Shown here piece after piece: positions 63,028-64,000 of a stretch of DNA of 64,000 bases; position 1 is the first letter of the stretch, and each line of letters starts with the position of its first letter. Under the pieces are notes generated by a model. That model did no database searches, had not been told where the DNA came from, and saw nothing but the letters and a program-made list of their open reading frames with translations. The stretch comes from Kondoa subrosea (Eukaryota). Both the position numbers and the translations under genes were made by a program. The stretch is from positions 3,289,136 through 3,353,135 of the forward strand of contig BCIN01000001.1 of the NCBI GenBank assembly GCA_039545335.1, in the 5' to 3' direction.

Positions 63028-63514
63028 ATGCAACAGACCAACGCCGGTAGGAATCCTTATCTACCATACGGTCTCCCTGGGCCAATGCCTGTACCTGTAT
63101 GTTGTAGCTTCTTCGATAGCAACTTTCGTTTTTGCTCATGTTGGGAAATTTAGAACTTACCGCCAACTGCGGCTCCTATGTGAGCTCCGCACCTACTATC
63201 GTGCACTTGGTTAATGGAGTTCACTTGTTTAAGGCCATTCAATCCTATGATGCCTGGTATTCCTGGAATGGGAGGAATGCCTATAGGAATGCCTCCCAGT
63301 CAGCTTCTTCTACGTGAAGCAACTAGATCTGATTCTTCCATGATCCAGTGCCGCCAATGATGCCAATGAATGCACCTCCTCTTGGTCCTGGACTTTTTGG
63401 ACGAGGAAGCACGAATGCTTACATGATGCCTCCTACGGTACGTGCTCCTGTCATCCATGCTTGCCTCTTGCTTCCCCGACACTCACAAGCGATCTGCAGA
63501 TGCCAATCTTTTAA
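63028..63514 (+). CDS. very small Pro/Met/Gly-rich protein, multi-exon
   Basis: MQQTNAGRNPYLPYGLPGPMPVP|NLPPTAAP|MPFNPMMPGIPGMGGMPIGMPP|MPPMMPMNAPP...MMPPT|MPIF*; all junctions GT-AG and in frame. Confidence 0.6.
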
Positions 63515-63830
63515 TGCTAGAATCGCTCAAATCGTATTTTTGTATATTTGTTGACTGTACAAGAGCTCTACGGGACTTGAAAATGGTGTGCGTGAGGTAT
63601 CACTGCATTGTAAAGCAATATACATGTCTTGGGCTGTCGTCGCGCTTTTCTTATTCAGGTTCGACCTCGAGGACGACCAACATCTGGACCTACATCCTCT
63701 GGGACTATACCATCGTGATCTGTGGCTCATATACCCTCTTCTTACGCGCGTCAGACTTCCATCGGTTTCAATTCCTCGCACTGTTTATTTTCAACAACAT
63801 TTGGCTTGACCTGAAGTCTAAGGTGAAAAG

Positions 63831-64000
63831 ATGCGTATAGAAGAGCTTGTACTAGAAGGTTTCAAGTCTTATCCAGTCAGAAGTCAGCTCAAAATACTCT
63901 AAGTCACGCGAATCTTAGAGCTGATGTTTGATTGTAGCTACAATTTCTGGCTGGGATTCTAGTTTCAATGCAGTGACTGGTGAGGAGGATATCACATACA
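63831..64000 (+). CDS. SMC2: condensin subunit Smc2, 5' end (partial)
   Basis: MRIEELVLEGFKSYPVR-TTISGWDSSFNAVTG, the typical SMC2 N-terminus leading into Walker A. Confidence 0.9.

Overview
Gene-dense, intron-rich fungal nuclear DNA. Short GT-AG introns with GCTRAY branch points and many micro-exons suggest a basidiomycete, possibly a Pucciniomycotina yeast (inference). About 30 spliced protein-coding genes could be reconstructed by hand. Recognisable ones are a Zn2Cys6 TF, an AA9 LPMO, a GATA TF, homocysteine S-methyltransferase, Chs5, a sulfurtransferase, an amidase, an MpaB/Lcp-like oxygenase, an MFS transporter, an ankyrin L-asparaginase, a Chz1-like protein, an M1 aminopeptidase, NDUFS2, TFIIS, an AN1 zinc finger, two MYND proteins, a phytase, a degenerate Hsp70, Bdp1, Kha1, an AAA ATPase and the 5' end of SMC2. 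The standout is a minus-strand tRNA-Ile(AAT) gene at 4023-4186. Besides a normal 16-nt anticodon-loop intron, its D-stem/A-box is interrupted by a 74-nt GTGAGT...polypyrimidine-CTAG segment that looks like a spliceosomal intron. Removing it restores a complete cloverleaf, and a TATA box lies upstream. Other oddities are a membrane-anchored Hsp70 lacking ATPase motifs and subdomain IIB, an AA9 with Phe at the axial Tyr position, and convergent CDSs overlapping by 12 bp. Gene boundaries come from manual splicing and are approximate; no database searches were run.
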